A stretch of DNA of 58,823 nucleotides from an uncultured Piscirickettsiaceae bacterium (GCA_964654355.1 CAZZIQ010000001.1:1-58823), one strand, 5' to 3'. Shown: positions 33,524-45,151, counted from the first letter of the stretch. A program made the numbers and translations. The notes: generated by a model not told the origin, from the letters alone.

Positions 33524-33784
33524 ATGGATGCTGCAACATCACGTGCTTTGGCTTGGCAATGTCGGCGCGGATTATTGGAGCTTGATCTCTTGTTCGAGCA
33601 AGTTCGTGAACAGCTTGAGCAACTCTCAGATCTGGAACAAATGCATGTTCTGAAGGCGCTTGGGTGCTTATTGCCACAGGCGGATCTCGATTTGCAGGCG
33701 TGGCTGATTCAGGGTGAAGCAGTCAGCGATGAAGACTTGCGTGAGCCGGTGCAGCGGTTGCGCAGTCTGCTGGGGATTGTCTAG
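33524..33784 (+). CDS. sdhE: FAD assembly factor SdhE (YgfY family)
   Basis: WQCRRGLLELDLLF carries the RGxxE signature of SdhE. It is ~86 aa from the ATG at 33524. The tracked ORF begins at GTG 33488, and ATGs at 33506 and 33518 are alternative starts. Confidence 0.8.
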   Translation: MDAATSRALAWQCRRGLLELDLLFEQVREQLEQLSDLEQMHVLKALGCLLPQADLDLQAWLIQGEAVSDEDLREPVQRLRSLLGIV

Positions 33785-33793
33785 TGCGCTTTT

Positions 33794-35407
33794 TTAAGGC
33801 TTCAGGATGGTGTCCTGCGCTTCTGGTGATGGATCTGGATAGTCGCGATTGAAGTGTAGGCCGCGGCTTTCTTTGCGTTCCAATGCGCAGCGGATGATCA
33901 GTTCGGCAACCAAAGTGAGGTTGCGCAGCTCAATCAAGTTGTGGGTTACGCGGAAGTGACCATAGTATTCTGCGATCTCTTGCTGCAATAACGCGACACG
34001 ACGCTGTGCGCGCTCAAGGCGTTTGGTCGTGCGCACGATGCCAACGTAGTCCCACATGAAGCGGCGCAGTTCATCCCAGTTGTGCGAAACCACAACTTCT
34101 TCATCCGAATCGGTGACGCGGCTTTCGTCCCAAATCTTGAGCTCATGTGGTTGTTGCCACTGCGGGAGTGATTGCAGGATGTCTTGCGCTGCATTGCGGG
34201 CAAACACCAAGCATTCCAACAAGGAATTGCTGGCCATGCGGTTAGCGCCATGCAAACCCGTGTGCGCGGTTTCGCCAATGGCATAAAGTTGTGGTACATC
34301 CGTACGTCCATGTAGATCAGTAACCACGCCGCCGCAGGTGTAGTGCGCTGCCGGCACGATTGGTATGGGTTCGTGACTGAGGTCGTAACCAAACTCGAGC
34401 ACGCGCGCATACACCGTGGGGAAGTGTTCGCGCACAAACTCGGGGCCACGGAAGGAAATATCGAGCAGTAGGTGGTCGGCGCCAAGGCGCTTCATTTCAT
34501 GATCGATGGCCCGCGCTACGATGTCGCGTGGCGCGAGTTCGCCGCGCCGGTCAAAGTGCTGCATGAAAGGTGTGCCATCGGGTAGCAACAAGCGACCCCC
34601 TTCGCCACGCACTGCTTCCGTAATCAAGAATGATTTAGCCTGTGGGTGATAGAGACAGGTGGGGTGGAATTGATTGAATTCCAGATTGGCGACCCGGCAG
34701 CCTGCGCGCCATGCCATTGCGATGCCATCCCCCGTCGCGAGATCTGGATTGCTGGTGTACAGATAAACCTTGCTGGCGCCACCCGTGGCGAGCGCGACGG
34801 CGCGCGCACTGAAAGTGCGCACTTGGTCGTTGCGGGCATCGAGCACATAGGCGCCTTGCACGGCATTGGGTGTGTCCTGCTGTCCGCCGCGATGGGTCGG
34901 TTTGCGTGCCGTGATCAGGTCGATTGCGATGTGATCTTCATAAAGATCAATGTTCGGATGCAGGCGCACTTGCTGGGCCAGGGTGAGCTCGACGGCCTGG
35001 CCGGTAGCGTCGGCAGCATGCACGATGCGGCGATGGCTATGGCCGCCCTCGCGGGTCAGGTGCAGGCGACCGTCATGGCCATCACGGGTAAACGCCACAC
35101 CGCGTTCGACGAGTTCGGCAATCGCGGCCGGAGCTTGTTCGGCCACATGGCGGATGACATCTGGATGTCCGAGCCCAGACCCTGCATCGAGCGTATCAGC
35201 GACATGGGCCTCGACGGAGTCGTTTTCATCAAGAACTGCGGCAATGCCCCCTTGCGCATAATAGGTATTACCCTCATGCAGACTACGTTTGGACAGCACT
35301 GCGACGCGCGCATGCGGAGCAAGGTGCAGGGCAAGTAAAAGCCCAGCGGCACCGCTACCGATGATCAGGACGTCATGTTGCAGGGAATCTGCGGAGTTGT
35401 GAGGCAT
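33794..35407 (-). CDS. nadB: L-aspartate oxidase
   Basis: [15 protein letters not shown] and an SdhA/FrdA-like flavoprotein fold. It is divergent from rpoE, as in E. coli and Pseudomonas. Confidence 0.95.
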   Translation of the reverse strand: MPHNSADSLQHDVLIIGSGAAGLLLALHLAPHARVAVLSKRSLHEGNTYYAQGGIAAVLDENDSVEAHVADTLDAGSGLGHPDVIRHVAEQAPAAIAELVERGVAFTRDGHDGRLHLTREGGHSHRRIVHAADATGQAVELTLAQQVRLHPNIDLYEDHIAIDLITARKPTHRGGQQDTPNAVQGAYVLDARNDQVRTFSARAVALATGGASKVYLYTSNPDLATGDGIAMAWRAGCRVANLEFNQFHPTCLYHPQAKSFLITEAVRGEGGRLLLPDGTPFMQHFDRRGELAPRDIVARAIDHEMKRLGADHLLLDISFRGPEFVREHFPTVYARVLEFGYDLSHEPIPIVPAAHYTCGGVVTDLHGRTDVPQLYAIGETAHTGLHGANRMASNSLLECLVFARNAAQDILQSLPQWQQPHELKIWDESRVTDSDEEVVVSHNWDELRRFMWDYVGIVRTTKRLERAQRRVALLQQEIAEYYGHFRVTHNLIELRNLTLVAELIIRCALERKESRGLHFNRDYPDPSPEAQDTILKP

Positions 35408-35558
35408 GGGCCGAGCGCGGTCGATCCGGTCTGGGAAGGGGTGGTTATATCTGGGAGAATTTTAGCTGAAGGTCAATTTCAGCAGGCGTTAGATTTTTCA
35501 GGTAAATTCCCAGTCGAAGCTTTGTTTGAAGATGGTTCAAATTCTGCGTTGAACCGCT

Positions 35559-35586
35559 GGAACTATACCACGCAGCCGGAGTCTGA
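35559..35586 (+). promoter_or_regulatory. Candidate sigma-E/AlgU-dependent (autoregulated) promoter of rpoE
   Basis: GGAACTA (35559-35565), 16 nt, then TCTGA (35582-35586). The known consensus is GAACTT-N16/17-TCTGA. The -10 element ends 6 nt before the rpoE ATG. Confidence 0.5.
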
Positions 35587-35592
35587 AGCCTC

Positions 35593-36222
35593 ATGCCAGA
35601 ACTGCACGCCGTGACCGCATCACCCATTCCGAGCCCGGATGCCGAGCGCTTGCGCGCGGAGGAGGCGTTATTGGTGGCCAAGGCCCAGCAGGGCGATTCG
35701 CGTGCCTTTGATCTACTGGTGCGTCGCTACCAACATCGCGTAGCGGCCCTGGTGACTCGCTTTCTGCGTGACCCGGAAGAGGCCTTGGACGTCACCCAAG
35801 AAGCCTTTGTAAAAGCGTGGAAGGCCTTGCCGCGTTTTCGTGGCGACAGCGCCTTCTACACCTGGTTGTATCGCATCGCCGTGAATCTGGCCAAGAATGT
35901 GCTTGAACAGCGGACCCGTCGCCCGTTGTTGATGGCGAATGCGCCCTCGGCTGATGATGACGATTTGCCTGATCTCGAACCCAGCCACATCGATACCCCG
36001 GAACATGTTGCTTTGCGTGACGAGCTGCATGCGTCGGTCATCCAAGCTATGCGCGAGCTTCCCGATGAATTACGTACGGCTCTGCAGTTGCGTGAACTCC
36101 AAGGTATGAGCTACGAAGAAATCGCGATTGAAATGAACTGTCCGATTGGTACGGTTCGTTCCCGTATCTTCCGCGCGCGTGAGGCGGTTGATCGGGTTGT
36201 ACAACCGTTCATGCGTAGCTAG
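35593..36222 (+). CDS. rpoE: ECF sigma factor sigma-E (RpoE/AlgU)
   Basis: QQGDSRAFDLLVRRYQHRV, FYTWLYRIAVN (region 2) and LQGMSYEEIAIEMNCPIGTVRSRIFRAREAV (region 4). rseA/B/C follow. Confidence 0.93.
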   Translation: MPELHAVTASPIPSPDAERLRAEEALLVAKAQQGDSRAFDLLVRRYQHRVAALVTRFLRDPEEALDVTQEAFVKAWKALPRFRGDSAFYTWLYRIAVNLAKNVLEQRTRRPLLMANAPSADDDDLPDLEPSHIDTPEHVALRDELHASVIQAMRELPDELRTALQLRELQGMSYEEIAIEMNCPIGTVRSRIFRAREAVDRVVQPFMRS

Positions 36223-36256
36223 CAGCTATACCGATTTGTCGCAGTAGTACCTCAGT

Positions 36257-36898
36257 ATGACTTCACCGACTCGCTCTCAGCACTCGCCGTCTTCTGCGGA
36301 CGTCGCAAGTCTTGCGCCCGATCCAGATTCGCCTCTGGGGCAGCGTCTGCGCTTATCCGCAGCGATGGATGGTGCGGTAACGCTCGCTGAGTTAGAACAT
36401 GTGCTGGATGATGTTGAGCATGATCCAGCGCTTGCAGCTACGTGGTCGCGTTATCACCGTATTGGCGAGACGCTGCGGGCTGCACACAGTGCGGATGAGA
36501 TTGACGTTGCATTTGATGCAGATTCGATTGCAGCGCGTGTCGCTGCAACAATCGGCAAGGATGCGGCGCAGCCTGCCAAGACCGAGCAGATGACTAGGAA
36601 TCCTGTGAGCTGGGCGTTGGCGGCTTCGATCGTTTTGGCTGCGGTTGTGAGCGTGCTTGCTTGGCAAACGGTTGATTTGGCGCCTTCGAATTCGGCAGAA
36701 GTGGCTGTGGTGGATCCCGCGCCGCGGATTGCGCGCACGCAAACCGCTTCAAACAATCTGCTGCCCCTTCCGCCGCAATCTGAGCGTATCCAACGTTATC
36801 TTGAGCAGCATCATGCGGGCCAGACGGCAGGCGCCGGAGCGATTCCGGGCATCTTGCCTTGGGTTCGTGTGGTTGGTTTCGATGCCGAGCGTCCATGA
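36257..36898 (+). CDS. rseA: Anti-sigma-E factor RseA/MucA
   Basis: N-terminal LSAAMDGAVTLAELEHVL...WSRYHRIGETLR matches the RseA N-domain (LSALMDGE...W..YHLI). There is a single central TM segment (WALAASIVLAAVVSVLAW). Confidence 0.85.
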   Translation: MTSPTRSQHSPSSADVASLAPDPDSPLGQRLRLSAAMDGAVTLAELEHVLDDVEHDPALAATWSRYHRIGETLRAAHSADEIDVAFDADSIAARVAATIGKDAAQPAKTEQMTRNPVSWALAASIVLAAVVSVLAWQTVDLAPSNSAEVAVVDPAPRIARTQTASNNLLPLPPQSERIQRYLEQHHAGQTAGAGAIPGILPWVRVVGFDAERP

Positions 36899-37863
36899 CG
36901 CGATTCCGTGTCGTCCTTCTTTCGCTGAGCCTACTGAGCGCAAACGCGACGTTTGCGGCCGATCCGCAGCAATTGCTGGCACGTATGGGGCAAGCTGCGC
37001 AGCAACTCGATTTTGACGCCACCTTGGTCTATCGGATTGGAGAGCGGATGTTTCCCATGCGCTTGGAACATCGCGTCGCCGCGCAAGGGCAGCAAGAACG
37101 ACTGGTGCGTCTAGACGGTGCCTTACGCATGGTGCAGCGTAATGGTGAAGCGGTGACCTGTTCATTGTCGGGTGCAGATGCGGAATACCGTTCACAAGCC
37201 TTGCAGCAAACTCTATTCAAACGCCTAGGCCAGGGTACGGCCATGAATGCCTATGCCTTGCGTTATCTTGGAGCAGAGCGTGTCTCTGATCGTCTCGCCC
37301 ATGTTGTTGCGTTGGATCCCGGAAGTGCTGATCGATACGGCTTGCGTTTGTGGCTGGATCAGGAATCGGGCCTTTATCTTCGCGCTGCTTGGGTTGATGC
37401 GGAAGGCGAACGTCTAGAAGAAGTGCAATTGACCGAACTCAAGGTGTTTGGTGATCTCTCCGACCTTGCCGAGCAGGTGATGCCAACTTCGCCTTCAGAG
37501 GCGCAGGAGTTGCTGTCTCAGCACCCACAGCCGGCCTGGCTGCCACAGTGGCTCCCGCAAGGTTTTGAGGTTCTGCAAGTGCATGCCATGGACATGCCAA
37601 GCACTTCCGGAGTCGAGGGGCGAGTTTGGCATGTGCTCGCCGGTGATGGGATTGCCAGTCTGTCGATTGTGATTGAGCCGGCAGAAGCAGAGCCTATCGA
37701 GGGACGCTTTGCTTTAGGTGCGTTGCATATGCACAGTGACGTGATGGCAGGCAGCCTGCAGCGGGTCCTGATGGGTGAGTTGCCACCAGCAACCTTGGAA
37801 CGAATCGCTGAATCCATGCAGCCGATTTCAGTCAGCCCTCTCAGTGCGCAGAATCCATCATGA
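36895..37863 (+). CDS. rseB: Sigma-E regulatory protein RseB/MucB
   Basis: Signal peptide MTRFRVVLLSLSLLSANATFA|AD, ~322 aa, with ATGA overlaps on both sides (rseA and rseC). Confidence 0.85.
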   Translation: MTRFRVVLLSLSLLSANATFAADPQQLLARMGQAAQQLDFDATLVYRIGERMFPMRLEHRVAAQGQQERLVRLDGALRMVQRNGEAVTCSLSGADAEYRSQALQQTLFKRLGQGTAMNAYALRYLGAERVSDRLAHVVALDPGSADRYGLRLWLDQESGLYLRAAWVDAEGERLEEVQLTELKVFGDLSDLAEQVMPTSPSEAQELLSQHPQPAWLPQWLPQGFEVLQVHAMDMPSTSGVEGRVWHVLAGDGIASLSIVIEPAEAEPIEGRFALGALHMHSDVMAGSLQRVLMGELPPATLERIAESMQPISVSPLSAQNPS

Positions 37864-38330
37864 TTGAAGAACAAGCTCGAGTGGTTGCCGTCCAAGGCGA
37901 GCGCGTTTGGGTGGAGGCGATCAAACAATCGGCCTGCGGCTCCTGTAGTGCGCGTGGCGGCTGTGGCACATCCGTTTTGGGCAAAGTTTTGGGCGTGAAG
38001 TCGGTGCGGGTTGAGGTCGATCCAGATCAGATTCGTAACCTTCGGTTAGACGAGCAAGTCTGGATTGCGATTGAAGAGGGCGAGTTGGTGCAGGGCACCC
38101 TTTGGTTGTATGGCCTGCCTTTGCTGTTCCTGCTTGGTGGCGCACTGCTCGGGACGTTGGTGGCACCGCAGTTCGGTATCCATCCCGATCTTGCGGCGGT
38201 ACTTGCTGCTGGGCTTGGCTTGGGTGGCGCGCTTTTGTTGTTGCGTCGGCGCTTGCAGCCACGTGCCTTGCCGCGCATTTTACGCCGCGTGGCAGTTGAT
38301 TATGTGCAGCTGAGCCCGCTGCAGTCTTAG
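37860..38330 (+). CDS. rseC: RseC/MucC (SoxR-reducing system) family protein
   Basis: 156 aa with an N-terminal Cys cluster (ACGSCSARGGCG) and two C-terminal TM helices. Confidence 0.85.
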   Translation: MIEEQARVVAVQGERVWVEAIKQSACGSCSARGGCGTSVLGKVLGVKSVRVEVDPDQIRNLRLDEQVWIAIEEGELVQGTLWLYGLPLLFLLGGALLGTLVAPQFGIHPDLAAVLAAGLGLGGALLLLRRRLQPRALPRILRRVAVDYVQLSPLQS

Positions 38331-38387
38331 TCCTAGCGCAGACACTGCTCAATGATTTTTTTGAATCTATCCAAATGGGGATCACAC

Positions 38388-39875
38388 ATGAAGTTGCCTA
38401 AGTCAATGCATACAATCTTGTTCGCGTTTCTTACTTTGTTGGCAATGATGAGTGTTTCGTCGCGGCCAGCGCTTGCGCATGGCATGAGTGGTCTACCGGA
38501 CTTCACGCAGTTGGTCGAGACCGCAGGTCCAGCAGTCGTTCGCATTGATGCGGTACAGAAACGACAGATGAAGATTCCGCAGATTGGTATGCCAGATCTA
38601 CCCGAGGGCGCGCCATTCCAAGACTTGCCGGACATGTTTCGCAAGTTTTTCGAACGCGAGCATGGCAATGGCAACGGCGGCACGCGCGAATTTGAGAGCC
38701 AGTCGCTCGGTGCGGGAACCATCATTTCTGCAGACGGTTACATCCTCACCAATCATCATGTGGTCGATGGCGCGGAGTCACTGAAGATCCATTTGTTCGA
38801 TAAGCGCGAACTGGAAGCGAAGGTGATTGGCTCTGACCCTGAGTCCGATATTGCCCTGATCAAGATTGACGCTACTGAATTGCCAGTTGCCAAGATTGGC
38901 AAGTCTGCAGAGATCAAAGTAGGCGAATGGGTGTTGGCGATTGGATCGCCATTTGGTTTCGAGCGCTCCGCTACTGCGGGTATTGTGAGCGCTACGGGCC
39001 GTCATGTGCCGGGTGAAGAGGGTGCGTACAACTATGTGCGTTTCATTCAGACCGATGTTGCGATCAATCCGGGCAACTCGGGGGGTCCTCTGCTGAACCT
39101 CGATGGTGAAGTGGTGGGCATCAACTCGATGATTTACAGCAAGTCAGGCGGCTACATGGGGCTATCGTTTGCAGTGCCGATTGATGTGGCGATGGATGTT
39201 GTCCAGCAGTTGCGTAGCAACGGCAAGGTCACCCGTGGTTATCTTGGCGTGTTGATTCAGCCGGTAACGCGTGATCTTGCGGAGGCTTTTGGTATGGATC
39301 GTCCGCGCGGTGCCTTAGTCGCGCAGGTGATGGAGGATGCTGCCGCAGCACGCGCAGGTGTGCAGGTGGGTGATGTCATCTTGCGCTTCAACGGCCAAGA
39401 GGTCGCCAGTAACGATAGCTTGCCGCCGCTCGTCGGCCGCTCGCCGTTGGATCGTCCAGTAGCGATGGTGGTACTGCGCGATGGTAAGCAACTGACCCTG
39501 CAGGTGCGTTTGGGTGAGCTCACTGCCGATGTGCGTGAAGCCATGCGCGGCAGCAGTCCGGTGCCGACCGACACCGCAGCCTTGGAGATCAAGCCGCTCG
39601 GGATCCAGGTGCGTGCGATTGATGAAGAAACCCGTGCGAACGGCAGCGGCCTACCCGTAACCGGTGGGGTTGAGATCGTGTCGATTGCCGAGGATGCGCA
39701 AGCTGCTCAGGTCCTGATGCCGGGAGATTACCTGCTTAACCTCAATGGCGATGCTGTACTGAGTCCGGCGCAGTTACAGGAGTTGGTTGCCGCGGCCGAT
39801 TTGGATCGCCCACTGCGGTTGTATGTGCGTCGTGATGACTCCAACCTGTTTGTTGCCATGCGCCTCGCGCGATGA
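38388..39875 (+). CDS. degP: Periplasmic serine endoprotease DegP/MucD (HtrA family, 2 PDZ)
   Basis: Signal peptide, catalytic triad context TNHHVV / DIALIKI / GNSGGPL, and two PDZ-like regions. The ATG at 38388 is chosen over the tracked 38352. Confidence 0.92.
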   Translation: MKLPKSMHTILFAFLTLLAMMSVSSRPALAHGMSGLPDFTQLVETAGPAVVRIDAVQKRQMKIPQIGMPDLPEGAPFQDLPDMFRKFFEREHGNGNGGTREFESQSLGAGTIISADGYILTNHHVVDGAESLKIHLFDKRELEAKVIGSDPESDIALIKIDATELPVAKIGKSAEIKVGEWVLAIGSPFGFERSATAGIVSATGRHVPGEEGAYNYVRFIQTDVAINPGNSGGPLLNLDGEVVGINSMIYSKSGGYMGLSFAVPIDVAMDVVQQLRSNGKVTRGYLGVLIQPVTRDLAEAFGMDRPRGALVAQVMEDAAAARAGVQVGDVILRFNGQEVASNDSLPPLVGRSPLDRPVAMVVLRDGKQLTLQVRLGELTADVREAMRGSSPVPTDTAALEIKPLGIQVRAIDEETRANGSGLPVTGGVEIVSIAEDAQAAQVLMPGDYLLNLNGDAVLSPAQLQELVAAADLDRPLRLYVRRDDSNLFVAMRLAR

Positions 39876-40132
39876 GCACTGCGCAGCCCCTCGCGCTGCA
39901 GGTGATGGTCCGGCAGGGCTGTCATCTGTGCGAGGAGCTGGTAGAGCGGTTGGCGCGGCATCCGCGTGCCGCTGAATTCACCATGGCGACGCTCGATGTT
40001 GATTCTCGGGCCGATTGGCAGGCGAAATATGGTCTGCGGGTGCCTGTGGTGCTGGCCGGAGAGGCCGAAATCTGCGAATATTTCCTCGATTTTGAACGGT
40101 TGGAGCAGGCCCTGAATCACTCCGGTGCCTGA
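39872..40132 (+). CDS. Glutaredoxin-like small protein (DUF836-type thioredoxin fold)
   Basis: 86 aa with the CxxC motif (QGCHLCEEL) near the N-terminus. The start forms an ATGA overlap with the degP stop. Confidence 0.7.
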   Translation: MSTAQPLALQVMVRQGCHLCEELVERLARHPRAAEFTMATLDVDSRADWQAKYGLRVPVVLAGEAEICEYFLDFERLEQALNHSGA

Positions 40133-40158
40133 CTCACCGATTCTTCCTGTTTTGTTTG

Positions 40159-40181
40159 GCGCGCCACTGGCGCGCTTTTTT
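40159..40181 (+). terminator. Rho-independent terminator ending the rpoE-degP-grx-like transcription unit
   Basis: GCGCGCC (40159-40165), loop ACT, GGCGCGC (40169-40175), then TTTTTT (40176-40181). Confidence 0.8.
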
Positions 40182-40210
40182 CATCATGCTGCGATGCAGC
40201 GGAACCTTTG

Positions 40211-42025
<1,815 letters not shown>

Positions 42026-42043
42026 GCGGGGTAAGATTCGGCG

Positions 42044-42811
42044 ATGGATACGGATTTCGAATTTTGGCTGACGCTGGCGGTGCTGGTCACGGGTACGCTG
42101 ACGCTATTGGATCGCTTGTGGTTGCAAAAATCACGTGGCAGTAAAGCACGACCCACGATACTCGAATATGCGCGTTCGTTCTTTCCGGTATTGCTCGCCG
42201 TCTTGGTATTGCGCAGCTTCTTATTTGAGCCGTTCCGGATCCCCTCCAGCTCGATGCGCCCAACCTTGGTGGTGGGTGATTTCATCTTGGTCAACAAGTT
42301 CACTTGGGGCCTGCGTCTTCCGGTTACGCATCACAAAGTTATACCGCTTGGTCTGCCCGAGCGGGGTGATGTGATGGTGTTTCGTTTCCCGCAAGACCCT
42401 GGGGTTGATTTCATCAAGCGCGTGGTCGGTCTGCCCGGTGATGAAATCGAATACCGCAATCGCGTGTTGTACGTGAATGATAAAGAGATGGCGCAGGCGC
42501 CGCTCGGTGAGCATCTGTGGCGTAATGCCGAGTGCGAAACTATTCGCTCCGATCGTTTAACAGAAGATCTGGGCGATGGACGCAGTCATGAGATTTTGGT
42601 GATTCCACAGCGTGAGTCGCTGGAAGGACGCACGGTGGTGCCTGCGGGGCATTACTTTGTGTTGGGTGACAACCGTGACAACAGCCGTGACTCGCGTTAC
42701 TGGGGCTTTGTTCCAGAACAGAACATTGTTGGTAAAGCCGTTGCAGTCTGGATGTCAGCTGAATTCAAGTGTGGCGGCGGTGTCGACTTTGGGCGGATTG
42801 GCGGCATCTGA
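42044..42811 (+). CDS. lepB: Signal peptidase I
   Basis: N-terminal TM segment, catalytic Ser box IPSSSMRPTL, Lys box GDFILVNK, and GDNRDNSRDSRYWGFVP. Confidence 0.94.
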   Translation: MDTDFEFWLTLAVLVTGTLTLLDRLWLQKSRGSKARPTILEYARSFFPVLLAVLVLRSFLFEPFRIPSSSMRPTLVVGDFILVNKFTWGLRLPVTHHKVIPLGLPERGDVMVFRFPQDPGVDFIKRVVGLPGDEIEYRNRVLYVNDKEMAQAPLGEHLWRNAECETIRSDRLTEDLGDGRSHEILVIPQRESLEGRTVVPAGHYFVLGDNRDNSRDSRYWGFVPEQNIVGKAVAVWMSAEFKCGGGVDFGRIGGI

Positions 42812-42820
42812 TTAACGCGA

Positions 42821-43504
42821 ATGAGGGATCTGGAGCGCCTACAACGTGGACTCGAGTATGTCTTTCGTCGACTCGAGCTGTTGGAGCAGGCGCTGACGCA
42901 TCGCAGTGTGGGGTCGCATAACAATGAGCGTCTTGAGTTCTTGGGCGATGCCGTACTGGGTGTCATCGTTGCGGAATCCCTCTATCAACGTTTCCCTAAA
43001 GCCGAAGAAGGTGTGCTCAGTCGTTTGCGTGCGCAAGTCGTGCGACGTGAGAGTCTGGCCGTGCTAGCGCGTGATTTGGATCTCGGCACACATCTGCAAT
43101 TAGGCGAGGGCGAGCGCAAAAGTGGCGGCTGGCGGCGTGATTCCATTTTGGCGGATGCGATGGAAGCGGTGATCGGTGCGGTATATCTCGACTCGAATTT
43201 TGATACCGCACGCGCGTGGTTGTTGCAGCGACTGGCAGGTGCGCTTGAGCCTCTGGCGCCGGAAGAGGCAGTGAAAGATCCGAAAACCCGTTTGCAAGAA
43301 TGGTTGCAAGGACGACAGTGGCCCTTGCCGAATTATGTGTTGTTGGAAGAGCATGGCGAGGCCCATGCACGCCAGTTTCGGGTGGCGTGTCGGATCGAGT
43401 CACCTGAAGGCCTACGCTTCGAAACCCGTGGTGAAGCCGGTAGTCGCCGGCGCGCCGAACAAGTGGCTGCAGAAGCGGCGCTGGATGATTTGGAATCAGC
43501 ATGA
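42821..43504 (+). CDS. rnc: Ribonuclease III
   Basis: ERLEFLGDAVLG signature and a C-terminal dsRBD. Confidence 0.95.
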   Translation: MRDLERLQRGLEYVFRRLELLEQALTHRSVGSHNNERLEFLGDAVLGVIVAESLYQRFPKAEEGVLSRLRAQVVRRESLAVLARDLDLGTHLQLGEGERKSGGWRRDSILADAMEAVIGAVYLDSNFDTARAWLLQRLAGALEPLAPEEAVKDPKTRLQEWLQGRQWPLPNYVLLEEHGEAHARQFRVACRIESPEGLRFETRGEAGSRRRAEQVAAEAALDDLESA

Positions 43505-44397
43505 GCAACACGCAGCATTGTGGTCGTATCGCGATCGTGGGTCGTCCGAATGTCGGAAAGTCCACGTTGCTGAATGGATTGGTCGGACACAAAATCAGTA
43601 TTACCGCGCCGAAGCCACAAACCACCCGCCATGCCATTCTCGGCATCCATACCGTGGGCGCGAATCAGTTTATTTATGTCGACACGCCCGGCCTACATCG
43701 CGAACAGACCAGTGCATTGAACCGGACCTTGAATCGCACTGCGCGCGCCAGTTTGAATGAAGTGGATGTGGTGTTGTTCTTGATCGAAGCTATGAACTGG
43801 CGGGATGAAGATCAGCAGGTATTGGATTTACTGCGTCATCTCACGATTCCGGTGCTGTTGTTGGTGAATAAGATTGATCGCATTCCGGACAAAGACGAGC
43901 TGTTGCCGTTCTTGGCAGAAGTAAGTCAGAAGCACGCTTTTGCCGCTGTGGTGCCGTTATCGGCACGTCGGCACAAAGACCACCAACGCTTAGAAGAGAT
44001 CCTTGCGGATCATTTGCCGCAAGCGCCGCATATTTTTTCTGAAGATGAGATTACCGATCGCAGCATGCGCTTTCTTGCTGCGGAACGTGTGCGTGAGAAG
44101 CTGACGCGTGCGCTGGAAAAAGAATTGCCGTATGCCTTAACGGTTGAAATTGAAAGCTATACCGAAGAGCCGGAGCGCGATGTGATTTCAGCGTTGATTT
44201 GGGTAGAGCGTGAAGGGCAAAAGAAGATTGTGATCGGCGAGGGTGGCAGCATGTTGCGCCGCGTTGGACAAGCTGCGCGCGAAGAACTGGTTGAGTTGTT
44301 GGGTAAGCGGGTGCACTTGCAGTTGTGGGTAAAGGTGCGCAAGGGCTGGTCCGATGATGAGCGTGCCCTGCTTAGTCTGGGTTTTGGTGATTCCTAG
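43501..44397 (+). CDS. era: GTPase Era
   Basis: GRPNVGKSTLLN, DTPG, NKID and a C-terminal KH domain. The start forms an ATGA overlap with rnc. Confidence 0.95.
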   Translation: MSNTQHCGRIAIVGRPNVGKSTLLNGLVGHKISITAPKPQTTRHAILGIHTVGANQFIYVDTPGLHREQTSALNRTLNRTARASLNEVDVVLFLIEAMNWRDEDQQVLDLLRHLTIPVLLLVNKIDRIPDKDELLPFLAEVSQKHAFAAVVPLSARRHKDHQRLEEILADHLPQAPHIFSEDEITDRSMRFLAAERVREKLTRALEKELPYALTVEIESYTEEPERDVISALIWVEREGQKKIVIGEGGSMLRRVGQAAREELVELLGKRVHLQLWVKVRKGWSDDERALLSLGFGDS

Positions 44398-44400
44398 TCC

Positions 44401-45105
44401 GTGGGTGTTGCAGCTCAGCCGGCGTGGTTGTTGCATGCGCGTCCATTTCGCGAGCGCTCACGGATTGTTGAATTGTTCACTCAGGCGAATGGACGCATTG
44501 CGGCCGTAGCACACCTCAAGCGTGGCGAAGAGGGATTGCTGCAACCATTTCGGCCCTTGTTGGTGGGTTGGCGTGGACGCGGTGAGCTGCCAACCTTGAG
44601 TCAATGCGAAGCCGCTGCGCCGGCGTTTTCTTTGCAGGGGCGGCGTAATTGGTGTGGGTTGTATCTCAACGAGCTGTTACTGCGTCTGTTGCAGCGCGAG
44701 GATGCGCATCCTCAGTTGTTCGCCCATTACGGCCACGTGCTGACCGGATTGGTGGAATCCGAAGCGGAGGCGATCTGGCTGCGGCGTTTTGAGCGCGAAT
44801 TGTTGGATGCGCTGGGCTATGCCCTCAACCTTGAGGCGGATTGTGTGGGTGCCGCGATCGATCCAGAAGTCACCTATCGCTGGCGGGCGGGGCAAGGTTT
44901 TATGCCTAATTCGACGGCTTCGGAGTGGAACTTGCGCGGTCGATCTATTCAAATGCTGGCACGGGGTGAGGATGCTGATGATCCTTCAGTGCAGCGGGAT
45001 CAGCGTACCTTGATGCGACAGGCGTTGGATGAGTTGCTGGAAGGGAAGCCGCTCAAGAGTCGTCAGCTGTTTCAGCCACGAATGCGCAACACGAAGGAAT
45101 CTTGA
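44401..45105 (+). CDS. recO: DNA repair protein RecO
   Basis: 234 aa with a GTG start. QPAWLLHARPFRERSRIVELFT is typical of the RecO N-terminus. Synteny era-recO-pdxJ. Confidence 0.88.
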   Translation: MGVAAQPAWLLHARPFRERSRIVELFTQANGRIAAVAHLKRGEEGLLQPFRPLLVGWRGRGELPTLSQCEAAAPAFSLQGRRNWCGLYLNELLLRLLQREDAHPQLFAHYGHVLTGLVESEAEAIWLRRFERELLDALGYALNLEADCVGAAIDPEVTYRWRAGQGFMPNSTASEWNLRGRSIQMLARGEDADDPSVQRDQRTLMRQALDELLEGKPLKSRQLFQPRMRNTKES

Positions 45106-45151
45106 AGAAAAGAGTCCTGACAGAAGAATCGTACATGGCGATCAATAACGA

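Noticed and set aside
34646-35338. 230-aa plus-strand ORF inside nadB.
   Set aside because: It is a shadow ORF opposite a full-length L-aspartate oxidase. It has no motifs and a biased composition.
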